In this document: piece after piece, positions 23,195 through 36,899 of the stretch
How the letters are laid out: each line of letters starts with the position of its first letter
How positions within the stretch are numbered: the stretch's first letter is position 1
Source of the DNA: Eledone cirrhosa
Lineage: Eukaryota
NCBI GenBank assembly: GCA_964016885.1
Contig: OZ024743.1
Span: 332,072,001-332,136,000 of the forward strand
Direction of reading: 5' to 3'
Length of the DNA stretch: 64,000 nucleotides
Made by a program: the position numbers and the translations under genes
The notes under the pieces: model-generated
Told to the model about the DNA's origin: nothing
The model's database searches: none
The model's input: the letters and a program-made list of their open reading frames with translations, nothing else

Positions 23195-23915
23195 AGCAGT
23201 CGATTGGCAGTATTGGTAGCACATCGGACATGCTTTGTGTATATAGTTACAGCTCTTTACATTCTAAATTCAAATCCCACCAAGGTTGGCTTTACCTTTC
23301 AGCTGTATGGGATCGATAAAATAAAGTACCAGTAATACAGTGGGGTTGATTTAATCGACTTTCCCCTCCCCAAAAATTGCTGGTGTTGTGCCAGAATCAG
23401 AAACCATTATTATTGTTATTATTATTATTTCATTTGGGGTGGTGGTGTGGCAGAGTTGCTAGAGGGTCAGCCAAATACTTACTATTTGTTCCATCCTTCT
23501 GAGGTTGATAAAGTACCAGTCAAGAACTGGGGTTAATACAGTACCAGTCAAGAACTGGAGTTGATACAGTACCAGTCATGAACTGAGATTGATACAGTAC
23601 CAGTCATGAACTGGGGTTGATACAATACTAGTCATGAACTGGGGTTGATACAGTACCAGTCATGAACTGGGGTTGATACAGTACATTAAGCCAGCCTGCA
23701 AAACTTGATGCCTTGTGTCTATGTTAGAAAAAATGGCAGTGTAGTGGCAGAATTATTAAAGCAATGGACCAAATGACTTGTGTTAATAGTTTCAACTCTT
23801 TACATTATGCTGAGCTCAACTTTGCCTTTCATCCAGCGAGGATCGATAAAATAAAGTACCAATCAAATACTGAGATCAGTTTAATTGACTAATTTCTCTG
23901 GCCTTGTGCCTAGTG
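23195..23915 (+). mobile_element. Three tandem tRNA-SINE copies; the middle one has an internal 28-bp tandem expansion (23506-23685)
   Basis: A-box-like TGGCAG heads at ~23205, ~23447 and ~23745, shared GATAAAATAAAGTACCAG core, (ATT)n tails. GTACCAGTCA recurs every 28 bp from 23513. Confidence 0.75.
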
Positions 23916-24434
23916 GCAAGAAATTCTCAGGAAAGATGGACAGCAGAAGTTCTTCAGAGAAGAACACCTGCAACTCGAGCAATTGTTTTTGCCCTTAACT
24001 TCTTATACACCTGGGTGCCCTTCTGTTGACATTTAGCCATTCATATATCGGAGACTTGCTATAAACCATATGGAAATTTTGTTGACAAGATCTAGTTGGA
24101 ACTTATTTGTATTGCTTCTACTTTCAAACTTATATTTAAATGCTTTCTTGAGTTTGGGAAAATAACGTTTGTAGTCATGGCAATGGTGAGACATCAACAG
24201 TTTTACTAGTCGCCAACACTACGACCATAACTCACTCAGATTTACTTCCCTTAATGTGCATTAAAATAAAACCACAATACTCTCAAATGGTATGGAGGTA
24301 AATTTTTGTTTCTCCTCAACCAGATCCAGTCTGAACTCCTTTCCGCTACCTCTGATACTACGTGGAAAGCTTTGGTCCTGTTCTTCTCAGAAACTGAAAG
24401 TTGTTTCATGAAAATGCCTCTGTTAGATAAAAAT

Positions 24435-24605
24435 CTGGATTAGTAGAACTGTTAAAATAACTGCATCTGCTTGTTGAGCTATTTATTGTGGCTCTATAGA
24501 TTCTGAGTTCAAATCCCACCCAGGTCTACTTTGCCTTTCATCCTTTTGGGAGTTGATAAAATGAAGTAGCAGTAAATTACTGAAGGTCAGTACAATCAAC
24601 TGTGA
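24435..24605 (+). mobile_element. tRNA-SINE (degenerate)
   Basis: GAGTTCAAATCCC B-box and TTTGCCTTTCATCCTTTTGGGAGTTGATAAAATGAAGTA core. Confidence 0.65.
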
Positions 24606-24692
24606 ACTTGAGACTTTGAGCCTCTGTTACAAATTAATAAATAACAGAAGATCTTTCAGCTGCAATTTCGGTTCCACCCACAGCTTATACGA

Positions 24693-25082
24693 ACATCACC
24701 ACCTTTACCACAACCATCACCATTATCATCATTACCACCATCACCACCATTCTCATTGCCATTACCTCCACCATCACCATCATCATCATCATCATCATCC
24801 CCATTACCACAACCACCACCATTATCATCATTACCACCATCACTATCACCAGTCATCCTCATCACCACCACCATCATCATCATCACAATTACCATAAACC
24901 ACCACCATTATCATCATAACCACCACCACCATTACTACCACTATCCTCATCATCATCACCACCACCATCATAACCATTACCACAATCACTGCCATTATTA
25001 TCATTACAACCATCAACATCACCATTACCACAACCACCACCGCCATCACCACCATCACCCACTATCATCACCATCATCACCA
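24693..25082. repeat. (CAT/CAC)n trinucleotide mosaic
   Basis: Visible. A second tract lies at 25350-25449. Confidence 0.9.
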
Positions 25083-25406
25083 ATAGCCACATACCTTCAC
25101 TAATGAGGCTAACCTCTAAACTAAACAGATTCAATCAAATCTTCACCTGTGTTCAATCATCCATGACACATTTTGAAACCAATCAAAAGCTTTTCTTTTA
25201 AATTATTCTTCAAAATTAGCAAAGAAAATGTATCCAACCATATTCTAGCAGTTCATACAGCTGATCCTTTGTCCATTTTGTGAAATGAACCAATATTTAA
25301 GTGGTTCTATCGATTCCACTACCTATTACTACCAACTAGGCTACATTCTCATCACCTTCATCATCACCATCACCATCACCATCACCATCACCATCACCAT
25401 CACCAT

Positions 25407-25449
<43 letters not shown>

Positions 25450-25539
25450 GTTTTAACATCCACTTTTCCTGCTAACTATATTATATCATTATTGTTATTG
25501 ATTTCTTTTAAATGCATATTTTTTTAGTCTGTTATAAAC

Positions 25540-25640
25540 TCTTTTTTTACACAAAATCCCCCACACTGTACCATCATGTGCTGTCATGTACCATTTTTAT
25601 TGTTTCCCTTAATGTGAGCCCTGTGGGGCTAATAAAGAAA
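25540..25640 (+). mobile_element. Probable 3' tip of a Tx1-type LINE
   Basis: ..AAATCCCC..CATGTA..TTGTTTCCCTT..GTGAGCCCTGTGGGGCTAATAAAGAA resembles the 3' ends at 6130-6192 and 49860-49922. Confidence 0.45.
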
Positions 25641-25664
25641 CCATTATTATTTTTATTATTATTA

Positions 25665-26570
25665 AAAGGTCAACTTTGCCTTTCAACCTTCCAAGGTCAA
25701 TGAAATAAAGTACCAGTCACACACTGAGGTCAATTTAGTTGACTTTCTCCTCTTACAAATTGTTGGCCACATGACTAAATCAGAAGTTATTGTGGATTGG
25801 CAGAATCGGTAGAACGTCGGACACACATGCTTCGTGGCAGAGAGTTACGGCCCTTTACATTCTGAGTTTAAATCCCGCCGAGGTTAGCTTTGCCTTTCAT
25901 CCTTACAGGGTCGATAAAATAAAGTACCAGTAATGTACTGGAGTCGATTTAATTGACTTTCTCCCACCCCAAAAATTGCTAGCCTTGTGCCTAAATCAGA
26001 AACCATTATTCAGTGGATTGGCAGTATCGGTAGAGGGTCGGACGCCATGCTTTGACGCATAGAGTTACGGCCCTTGCCATTCTGAGTTCAAATCCCGCCG
26101 AGGTTAACTTTGCCTTTCATCCTTATGGGGTCGATAAAATAAAGTACCAGTAATACACTGGGTAATTGCTGGCCTTGTGCCAAAAGTAGAAACAATTATT
26201 ATTATTATTATTATTAAACACCATGCTTTGCAGCATATAGTTATGACCCTTTATGTTCTAAGTTCAAATCATGCCAAATTTAGCTTTGCTTTTCATCCTT
26301 GTGGAGTCAATAAAATAAAGTACCAGTAATGTACTGGAGTCGATTTAATCGATTTTCCTCTCTCCCCAAATCACTGGCCCTGTGCCGAAAGTAGAAATCA
26401 TTATTATTATTATTAAATCTATTATTATTATAATCCCATCTAGGTTAGCTTTGCCTTTCATCCTTCTGGGGTTGATAAAATAAAGTACGAGTAATGTACT
26501 GGGGTTGATTTAATCAACTTACCCTTCTCCAAAATTGCTGGCGTTGTGCCTAAATCAGAAACCATTATTT
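25665..26570 (+). mobile_element. Head-to-tail cluster of ~5 tRNA-SINE copies
   Basis: Heads GTGGATTGGCAG(A/T)ATCGGTAGA at ~25792 and ~26013. B-box GAGTTCAAATCCCGCCG. The core TTTGCCTTTCA..GATAAAATAAAGTAC recurs five times. Each copy follows the (ATT)n tail of the previous one. Confidence 0.85.
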
Positions 26571-27047
26571 GTAACCCACAATTTTCAAGCCATATTCATC
26601 AAGCCATCTCATCTTCCTCTAATCAAAATTTATATTGATCAAATTATTCTACTTCCCTATTTATTTAATTAGATTTTTATTTTTATTTTATTTTTTTCAT
26701 TTCTAATATTTTATTGCAGAGAATCTGGCCCATAGGACGATGGTAACATCGTTATATTTCTTTAACGATCTTCACCTCACCACCACCATCACCTACCCAT
26801 CATTCCATCTATCCACACATCTGAAGAAAAAAAAAATGATATTAAAGGACACTTCTCCCCCTCCATCCCCCCACCTCCGGTAAAATTAGGCTAATTAGCG
26901 TATAAGTAGGTTAGCTGTTACAATTTATTCAATGTCTTTTATTGGTTGATATAAACAAAACAAGAAGAAGCAAACCTTTTGAGGTGAGGAGGCAGAGTTG
27001 AATGTCATTATTGATTTGACAATAAATATATATGTATGTATAGAAAT

Positions 27048-27541
27048 TGTTATATTTGGGGAGGGTCATATTTGCGTAATATTGCCAGAATTAATAACAG
27101 AACACACTCACTGTTTGGTTGGTTTTCGCTTCTCGCTGTCTTTTATATATATATATCTGCGATCTAACTTACTCGGTCCTCAATGTTGCCATTGACTGAC
27201 CGGCGGTCAAAAATAATACAGATACAATATAGACAAACACATATATATATAGTTTACACATACATATATAGTGTAAACTATATATATATGTGTTTGTCTA
27301 TATTGTATCTGTATTATTTTTGACCGCCGGTCAGTCAATGGCAACATTGAGGACCGAGTAAGTTAGATCGCAGATATATATATATAAAAGACAGCGAGAA
27401 GCGAAAACCAACCAAACAGTGAGTGTGTTCTGTTATTAATTCTGGCAATATTACGCAAATATGACCCTCCCCAAATATAACAATATCTGTTTCGACACAC
27501 GATTTCATATAAAAAACCTCGCAAAACTAATTCATCGCCGC
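27048..27541. mobile_element. Fold-back insertion: 214-bp palindrome arms plus a 57-bp single-copy extension, flanked by a 13-bp TSD
   Basis: Arms 27046-27259 and 27271-27484, no mismatch seen, 11-nt loop. TATGTATAGAAAT at 27035-27047 and 27542-27554. The outer part belongs to the family at 6268 and 51431. Confidence 0.9.
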
Positions 27542-27550
27542 TATGTATAG

Positions 27551-27591
<41 letters not shown>

Positions 27592-28361
27592 TGGAGAGAG
27601 AGAGAAATAGAAATATATATATAGAGAGAGAGAGAGAGAAATAAACTAAAAATAAATGAACTAAAAATAATTACACTAAAAATAAATGCAAATCAAATGT
27701 AATTAAAGGGAGGGGGTTGTTTTATTGGTTGTTTTGTTTTTGACACAATTTGGTAGAATTTGATACTATAACAGACCCCTGCCCCATTGATTTCTTCTCC
27801 CTACCCAACTACCTAAAAGATATCAATAAGGTATAGTTATGTGTGTGTGTGTATTTGTGTGAGTGTATTTATTTGTGTATTTGTGTGTGTGTATTTGTGT
27901 GAGTGTATGTATGTGTGTCCTCTTGACAATGTCCTTGACCCATTGACTTCTTCTTACCCCACTACCCATAATATATCAATAATATAGTGTGCATGTGTCC
28001 CCTTGATAATGTCCTTGACCAAATTCTGTGCCACATTTGTTATGAAACTAAAACAAAGTCAGATGATTATGTAGTTACAGCTAACAGCCCATGGTAGAGA
28101 GACTGGCATAGCTGACACATGTTAATGGCTGTAGTAAAAAAATTGTTGTTTCCAATCACAACATTGGCTACTGATATGGTCCTTTAGCAAAAAAGATTTT
28201 TTTTAAAATGGGCTCTAGTCTATTTTTTCTCAGTACCAAGTGAGTAAATGTCACCAACGATGGATAAAAATCCAGAAAGAGCTTCACACCGCAGCCGAGA
28301 TAGTTAAGACAGAATCACATATTTATAAATAGATTCATAGCGAGACTCAAGTATGTTTATT

Positions 28362-28475
28362 ATCAAATCCCATCAAGGTTAACTTTGCCTTTCATCCTTA
28401 CAGGGTTGATAAAATAAAGTACCAGTAATGTACTGGGTATTTGCTGGCTTTGTGCCGAAAGTAGAAACAATTATA
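28362..28475 (+). mobile_element. 5'-truncated tRNA-SINE
   Basis: Core and tail match the 26011-26215 copy. Confidence 0.7.
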
Positions 28476-28884
28476 TATAAATATATTGTATGAAAATAAG
28501 CAAATAAGGACCATCAAAATCCGAATGTAGATTCACCTAGAACAAATGCAAAGTGATCACTGAATGTCCCTATATATAAATAATACATTGCGAAAGCAAA
28601 GTCAACACACTCAGGGTATAAGACCATCGAATGCCAAACATGCAACTAATACACTTATATGCTATCATATACACACATATGCACACATATGCTCATAGAC
28701 ACACCGTGTATACTCTTGTAAAATTCTAATTTTTTAGAATATTTCTTTAAGTTAAATTTCTGGTGTTGACTATTACATGGATACTATTTTCAAAGTTCTG
28801 AAATTCACACCACAATCCAAAATACTGTATCAATAAGCAGAAATGTAAATGGACTCTAAATAGAAAGTATAGCAATTAATTACC

Positions 28885-29077
28885 AATAAGACCAATAGAA
28901 GGAAGATGCAGTAGAGGAAGACCACGAAAAACATGAGCAGAGGTGGTGAGAGCAGACCTCAGATCGCTGAAGCTCACGGAGGAGATGATGAAGGATCGTG
29001 ACAAGTGGAGAGATGCTGTGCTGAATAGGACCTGTCCTACCTTTGCAAGCAGGGAAAAATGATGATGATGATGATGA
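28885..29077 (+). mobile_element. 3' fragment of short-UTR RTE family
   Basis: IEGRCSRGRPRKT*AEVVRADLRSLKLTEEMMKDRDKWRDAV, then a (GAT)n tail. Confidence 0.75.
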
Positions 29078-30344
29078 CCCTGTACTCTCAGGTCTCAAAT
29101 AGTTGTGAAAATTGCCCTGCCTCCTTCTTTTGTCTGAAAAGAGTAGCTGGTGGCTATGGTGGGTGAGGTTAAAAGGAATGAAAACAAACACATTCCTCTT
29201 CAGCTAACCCTTCATCGACTTTGGGAAGTTCTACTTGTAAAAGAAGGTGAAGGCGGAGATGGAAAATCTGCCCCATTATGTATCTTAAAAGATGGATGAA
29301 TGTAGCAAGAGAGAATAGAGGGAAGAGGGCATTTGACGCTTGCACTCATGGTGATCAGAGTGATCTTGGATCTGTGGGGGCTTAATTACCTCTTGGATGG
29401 TATTCCCCCATTTGGTGTTATTATTATCATTGCTAAAGAGGACTGGACTGAAAGAATTGTTAGAACATTGGACAAATTAGTTTATAGCATTTAGTTATAA
29501 ATCTCTACATTTTGAGTTCAATTCTCACCATGGTTAGATTTGTCTCATCATTTCGTGATCAATAAAATAAAGTACAGTATCTTTACTAATCAACAGATCA
29601 CTATACAAATTTGCAATATTAATAGGATGTAGTCATAATGTTGTTTGTCATACAAATGTGATATGCAGTACAAGGCATTAAAAGTTAAGCTAGTGTATAA
29701 AATTATGATGGAAGATTTTTTGATAAATATAGACTTTAAAACAGTTTAGTATCATAGAACCATGGGTGGTTGCAGGTGGTTTGGTATGAAAAGGTTTAAA
29801 CATATATACAAAGTAAAGGTGTGGGGGAAGTTCTTCGAGACATACCCATTGCTCCATTCTCTTTACTCTCCCTACATCACCCTGCTCCCCATTCTTGGCA
29901 ATGGGTAGCAAAGGAATGGAGTGTTACACAGAACAATAACCATTCTCTAACATCCATTATACTTATGGAAATAACGCAGAATAGAAATTACAAACACATC
30001 ACGCTTATATCTGTTTTTGGCTTCCTTAGTGTCCTATAAGCACTTTTTTCTCCCCTTTTTATAGTTTCCTCATATATCTCTTGTAGGACTGAAATGGCCA
30101 ACTGAATTCCATTGTAGCTTATCAAAGTATCATGACAGTAAATGTATCCAATCTAATTAGATTTGATTCCTCTACACAACTCTCTGGAATCTACACCATT
30201 CTGTTATATATTCACTGTTGCTCTGAGCTAATTTCAGCCCCCAGAAACTTTTGATCTCTTACTAAGCTAACAGATTATCTAAATATTATAGATCTTGTAA
30301 TATTTGCAAAACAACTGTTAACATTCAATACTACTCCTACTACT

Positions 30345-30900
30345 AATAATAATAATGATGATTTCTGATTTAGGGACAAGGCCATCAATTTGGGAGGAAA
30401 GGTAAAATCGATTAAATCAACCCCAGTGCATTACTGGTACTTTATTTTATCGACCCCCGTAAGGATGAAAGGCAAAGCTAACATCAGCGGAATTTAAAGT
30501 CAGAACATAAAGGGCTATAAATATGCCATGAAGCATGTTGTACAACACTCTACCAATAATAATAATAATTGTTTCTACTTTTTGGCACAAGGCCAGATAA
30601 TACCCAGTACATTACTGGTACTTTATTTTATCGACCCCGTAAGGATGAAAGGCAAAGCTAACGTCGGCGGGATTTGAACTCAGACCGTAAAGGGACGTAA
30701 CTATGGTGGAAAACATGGCGTCCGACTCTCTACCGATACTGCCAATTCACCGATTAATAATAATAATGGTTTCTGATTTAGGAACAAGTCCAACAATTTA
30801 GGGAGGGTAAAAGCAAAGTTGAGATTTGAAATCAAAACTTAAAGAACCTTAACTAAATACCATAAAGAATTTTGTCCTGCTTTATAATGATTCTGGATTG
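30345..30900 (-). mobile_element. Three tandem tRNA-SINE copies on the minus strand
   Basis: Reverse-complement core TACTGGTACTTTATTTTATCGACCCC..GGATGAAAGGCAAAG occurs twice; GGATTTGAACTC B-box; (AAT)n tails. Confidence 0.8.
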
Positions 30901-31142
30901 GCAGTAGAATTGGAAGAGTGCCGAACATGTTTGTAGCATATATTTATGGCCCTTTGCGATCTAAGTTCAAATCCTGTAGATGTTAGCTTTGCCTTTCATC
31001 CTTACAAGGTCGATAGAATAAAGTACCAGTAATGTACTAGGTCGATTTAATCGACTTTCCCTTCCCAAAAATTGATGGCCTTGTGTTTATATAAGAAACC
31101 ATTATTATCATCATTACTATTATTATTATTACTATTATTATC
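30893..31142 (+). mobile_element. tRNA-SINE, head-to-head with the preceding cluster
   Basis: TGGATTGGCAG head, AAGTTCAAATCC B-box, core, (ATT)n tail. Confidence 0.8.
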
Positions 31143-31629
31143 AACAGAATCCCTCTATACTTGCAATAAATACAATACTCAGAATCTTACAATAAATCAG
31201 GAAAAGATATCATATTAAATAACAGTTTGAAGTAGGAGAGGTAGCTGTTCCAACATTAACTTACCCTCAAATCAGTGGATATTGCAATAAAAGACATAAC
31301 TAATGGAGAGCCATTTCCAAATCTCTGAACAATAGGAATGGTAACAGTTTTACAAGAATGACACATATTGTAAGTCTAAATATAAAAGAGACATGAATTT
31401 GGTGCATGACAAAGCAACATATCTCCAAATCAGAGAGAAGAACACTGCTTTAAAAGAAACAAATGTATAATATATATCATTTAACATCCATTCTCTGTAC
31501 TAGCAAGGGTATATATATATGTGTGTATATGTATATATAATGTAAGGAACAAGGGATCTTTCGATTCATATTGCATTGAATGTAAACTGAATTTTTATAT
31601 GATGCGTTTTGAAAGGAATAATTTCTTTT

Positions 31630-32080
31630 ACTATATACATATACATATATATATATATATAATCATCACCATAATATATATATATACATATACACACATA
31701 TATATATATGTACATATACATATATATAGACACATACATATATACACATATAGACACATACATATATACACATATAGACACATACATATATACACATATA
31801 GACACACACATATATACACATATAGACACACACATATATGTACATATACATATATATACATATAGACACATACATATATATGTACATATACATATATATA
31901 CATATAGACACACATATATATGTACATATAGACACATACATATATATATATATAAATATATATGTACATATACATATATATACATATAGACACATACATA
32001 CATATATATATATATTTATATATATATATATGTACATATAAATATATATACACATATGTATACATACATATACACATATA
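31630..32080. repeat. TA/CA mosaic with an internal 24-bp period
   Basis: CATATAGACACATACATATATACA repeated. Confidence 0.85.
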
Positions 32081-32399
32081 TTGATGAGGGTGGGATGAAC
32101 TGTGATGGTAACTGATGAGGAGTGATGAGGGGTTGAAGAGGGTGTAATCAACTATGATGATCAGTGATCAGGACTGGTGAAGGGTTAAGGGTGTGATAAA
32201 AGGTGAAGAAGGCTGATGAGCGGTGATGATCTAGCATAGAGCAACTTCATTACTGAAAGGTTAAAAAAAGGTGCAAGAAAATAAAAATAAAAATAAGTGA
32301 AAAATAAAATAAAAATATATTGCTATAGGTTTACATATAAATATGTGTATATGTATATAAGTGAATATATGAGTAGCTGAGGTTATACATGTGTGTATG

Positions 32400-32794
32400 A
32401 TATACATATAATATATATATTTATATATATGCATATAATATATATATTTATATATATGCATATAATATATATATATATATATATGCATATAATATATATA
32501 TATATATGCATATAATATATATACATATATGCATATAATATATATATATATGCATATAATATATATATATATATATATATGCATATAATATATATATGCA
32601 TATTATATATATATATTATATGCATATATATATTATATGCATATAATATATATATATATGCATATAATATATATATATATGCATATAATATATATATATA
32701 TGCATATAATATATATATATATGCATATAATATATATATATATATATATGCATATAATATATATATGCATATAATATATATATATATATACATA

Positions 32795-32830
<36 letters not shown>

Positions 32831-32865
32831 GCATATAATATATACATATATATATATACACACAC
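32400..32865. repeat. (TA)n-GCATATAA minisatellite
   Basis: TATATGCATATAA units separated by variable (TA)n. Confidence 0.9.
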
Positions 32866-33003
32866 ATAACTACTGCTGCTATACAGTAGCATGAAATATT
32901 AAAACATTCCCATTCCTTACACAGGATTTATATACATAACGCTAAATTACCTCTAAATGTGTGCTATAATTCAGTGTGAAAGTATATTTATATATGGTAT
33001 GTA

Positions 33004-33043
<40 letters not shown>

Positions 33044-33081
33044 CATACACATTCATATATATAAAATAAATATGTGTGTGT

Positions 33082-33162
33082 GAGACAGATATTAAATTAC
33101 AGCATATACAGCATATATATATATATATATATATATATATGCTGTTATTTAATATCCGTCTC
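33082..33162. repeat. Small inverted repeat centred on (TA)n
   Basis: GAGACAGATATTAAATTACAGCATAT ... ATATGCTGTTATTTAATATCCGTCTC. Confidence 0.75.
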
Positions 33163-33180
33163 TCATATATATATATATAT

Positions 33181-36100
33181 CATCATCATCATCATCGTTT
33201 AACGTCCATCTTCCACGCTTGCATGGGTTTGGACAGGAGTTTTCCCACTTGAGGCAAGAGTGGTTGTCTTGCTCGCATAGGACTGTCTGGCGGGTTTTCT
33301 ACGGCTGGATGCCCTTCCTAACACAAACCACGTTTACAGTGTGGATCTGGGAGCTTTTTACCGTGTTACCTACACGGCCACATTACAGCGTAACTGTGTT
33401 TTTTTGTCGTGACACCTACACGACCTCATTTATTTCGGACTGGATGTTGTGGTACCAACATAACTTTACATTGAAAGGGGTGGTGTGGATGGGGTGGGGG
33501 TAGTGGGACGGTGTGTATTTTTGTTAGAGGTGCCTACTGACTGTAGTAGGTTTCACTTTGTACTTAGGTAAGGCGGGTCTTCTGTATTACTGTGTAGCGC
33601 CAAAGATCTCGGTCCAGTGACATTGTCTTGGAGAGGTGTAAGTGTGAGAGGTCGGAATTTATCAAGTCATCCCAGATTTTTCTGTGTCTGCCTACTCCGT
33701 GGCTACCGTCTATTTTTATTGCCCTGCACTTTTTTATGCAGCTGTCGTCTTTCATGCGCATCACGTGACCATACCAACGTAGTCTTCTCTCGAGTAAACA
33801 ACATCTGATCCCTCTTATTTCTAATTTTTCCCTTAGTTCGTTTATGCTTTGCCGTTCACGTATATTACTATTACACATCCAGCGGAGCATGCCAGCTTCG
33901 TTCCTCTCCAGTCTGCATATATCCTCTTCACACAATGCCCAGTTCTCACTGCCATGTAACATTGCTGTTCGTATGCAGGCATCATACAGCCTGCCTTTCA
34001 TTTTTAGAGAAAACTCTTTAGCGGCTAATAGTGGTATAAGCTCTCTGAACTTTTTCCATCCAGTTCTGACTTTAGCTACTGTACTTTCAGAGCACCCTCC
34101 ACCACTGCTGATTTTGTCACCCAAGTAACGGAAGGTGTCCACTATTTCTATAGAACCATCTGTGCAATGGAATGAGCTAGTATTCTGTGGGCACTTGCTG
34201 CTACTTATTGCACCAGAGCACCAGCCACATATAAAATCTATATTCTTAGTTAGCTTACCTGTGATCCCACTACATCTTTTATGCACCCATACTTTGCATT
34301 TGGGACATAAAATGGAGTTTCTACCTACTCCTTTCCTACACACTGAGCATGGCCATTTCCCAGATGGGACCGGTGCCCTATTTTCCTTCCTACAGTCTAG
34401 AACTTTAGTCTTAGACAGGTTAATTTTAAGGCCTTTTGCTTCTAAGCCATGCTTCCATGTTTGGAATTTCTTCTCTAGTTCGGCCATTGATTCAGATATG
34501 AGCGTCAGATCATCTGCGTATAGGAGTTCCCATGGGCAGCCGGTCTTGAACTCCTCTGTTATAGCCTGAAGGGCAATAATAAATAGTAGGGGCTAAGGAC
34601 AGAGCCCTGATGAACACCAACTTTTACGCTAAACTCTTCACTATATTCGTTGTTAATTCTAACCTTGCTGACTGTTTCTTTATACATGGCTTGTATAGCT
34701 CTCACAAGCCATTCATCAACACCTAGTTTTCTAAGAGCCCACCAGATAATGGAACGGGGGACTCTGTCAAAGGCTTTCTCCAAGTCGACAAAAGCTAAGT
34801 ATAGGGGTTTACTTTTAGCTAGGTACTTCTCCTGTAGTTGTCGTACAATGAAAAGAACATCTGTGGTACTTTTACCTGACACAAACCCGAACTGCATTTC
34901 GTCTAGATCAATTCGCTCTCTGATCAGTTGCGCTATTACTTTTTCTGTGACCTTCATGACCTGGTCAATTAATTTAATGCCTCTATAGTTACCCCTATCT
35001 AGGGCATCTCCTTTACCCTTGTAGCAGTTAATGATGATGCTGCTATGCCAGTCCTTCAGAACAACCTCATTCTGTATGACTTGGTTTACTATCCAGGTGA
35101 CCATGGTGTGTCCCACCATTCCAGATGCTTTCAGCATTTCAGCAACTATTTCCGAAGGCCCAGCCGTCTTGCCCATCTTCATATCTTTGATTGCCTTACT
35201 TATTATACTACCTTCGACTAACACTGCTGGTCCCTCTATTGGATCGATGTGGGGGAGACTGTCTTTCTCCCATTTATTCTCCTAATTTAGTAGCCTTTTG
35301 TAGTGACACTTCCAAGCTACCTTCTTATCAGCGTCAGTGATGGCAAGTACACCATCATCATTAAGGACACACTTCTCCCCGACAATATCACGGTTTTCCT
35401 TGACACATTGCCTAGCAATCCTGAACACCTCACGTTTTTGGTCCTCGCGTTGTAGAACATGCTTGAACTTTCTTTCCTCTGCTTCCCTTCTTGCAAAGTA
35501 CATTTGTCTCCTAGCTTCCCTCCTGGCCACTTCTCTACTTCCCCCATCCCGCCATACTTTCCAAGCCTGCTTTTTGGCCTTAATTGACTCCTCCACCTTA
35601 CTGTTCCACCACCACGTTACTCTCCTGCCTATAGGCCTGCTCCAGCCACAGACTTCATCTGCCGCCATCAGCAGGTTTGCTTTCAGGAATTCCCACTGTT
35701 CCTCTATATTGTACGACTCTAATTGCTCTTCCTTACTGTCGAAAGCATCAAGTAATATGCTTTTAAATTTATTACTGGCTGTGGGGTCCTTTAGCTTCCA
35801 TATTTTTATCCTGAGGATAGTCCTCTTCTGTTGTCGAGTACGTCTCGTCCTGACTATTAGGTCGCTAATTATGAGTCTATGTTGAGAGGTGCATTTTTCA
35901 TGGGGGAGGGATTTAGTGTTTACAACAGACACTCTATCACGTCTTCTGGTAAGGATATAATCTATCTGACTGGCGTGTTCACCTGATCTATAGGTGATCA
36001 AGTGATTGTCTCGTTTTTTGAAGTTAGTGTTACAGATAGTTAGGTTATTTGCATCACAGAATTCCAGGATTCTGGAGCTTTCCACATTTCTAGTACCAAA

Positions 36101-36583
36101 CCCATAGCCTCCATGGATTCTGTCATAGCCGTCACAATGTTGTCCAACGTGACCATTTAGGTCGCCAGCAATAATTATGTAGTCATTGTCGGTTATTTGG
36201 GAGGTAGTGAGCATCAGTGTCTCATAGAATCTGTCTTTTATAGCGCCAGGCAGTCCGGATTGGGGTGCGTACGCAGATATTACTGTCACATTAGTTCTAT
36301 TTAGAAGAAGTCTTATTTTAATTATTCTGTCATTCACTCTATTTACGTCTATTATCTTATCCACCCATTTTTCTGCTAACATGATTCCTACCCCACCCAG
36401 CCCATTGTCATTTCCCACCCAGAAAAGCTTATAGCATCGTTTTTTTACCCACAATGAATCTAGCAGACCCGCCTGGTCTCTTGGATACAGCAAACATCAA
36501 CCTCCTTACGTTCAAGCATTTCTACAACCTCATTAGAGCAGCGTTTTACGGTGCCTACATTCATGGTACCAACTCTGAAGTTT
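33181..36583 (-). mobile_element. Near full-length RTE LINE, inactivated by stops and frameshifts
   Basis: Minus strand begins FRVGTMNVGT..EVVEMLERKEVDVCCIQETR (APE N-terminus), then ORF pieces 35282-36493, 34559-35224 and 33564-34487, the 3'UTR and a (GAT)n tail at 33181-33196. (TA)n on both sides. Confidence 0.95.
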
Positions 36584-36588
36584 TATAT

Positions 36589-36628
<40 letters not shown>

Positions 36629-36899
36629 GACAGTGAACATGCAAGTGCATATGATCAAAGTCTTAAAGAATTTATAATCATTAGGCATTATTAACCATAT
36701 CAGGATATAATATCTATTTGTGTAGGCGTGTTTATATATAGATAGATAGATAGAGGGAAATATGTAAAATCCTGACCGCAGCGCCAAGCGGATTTATGTA
36801 CAGATATGTTTATATATATATTTATATATGCATGAATATAAACACATATCCATAATAAAATTATACATTTGTGTGTGTATGTGTGTAATCGTCTTAACC

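Noticed and set aside
23930-24420. Unique-looking sequence as a possible host exon (also 29100-29400 and 42125-42420)
   Set aside because: No sustained open frame or convincing splice-site pair could be supported by eye.
25792-26100. tRNA genes suggested by A and B boxes
   Set aside because: The boxes belong to SINE heads. There is no cloverleaf, and they continue into the SINE core and tail.
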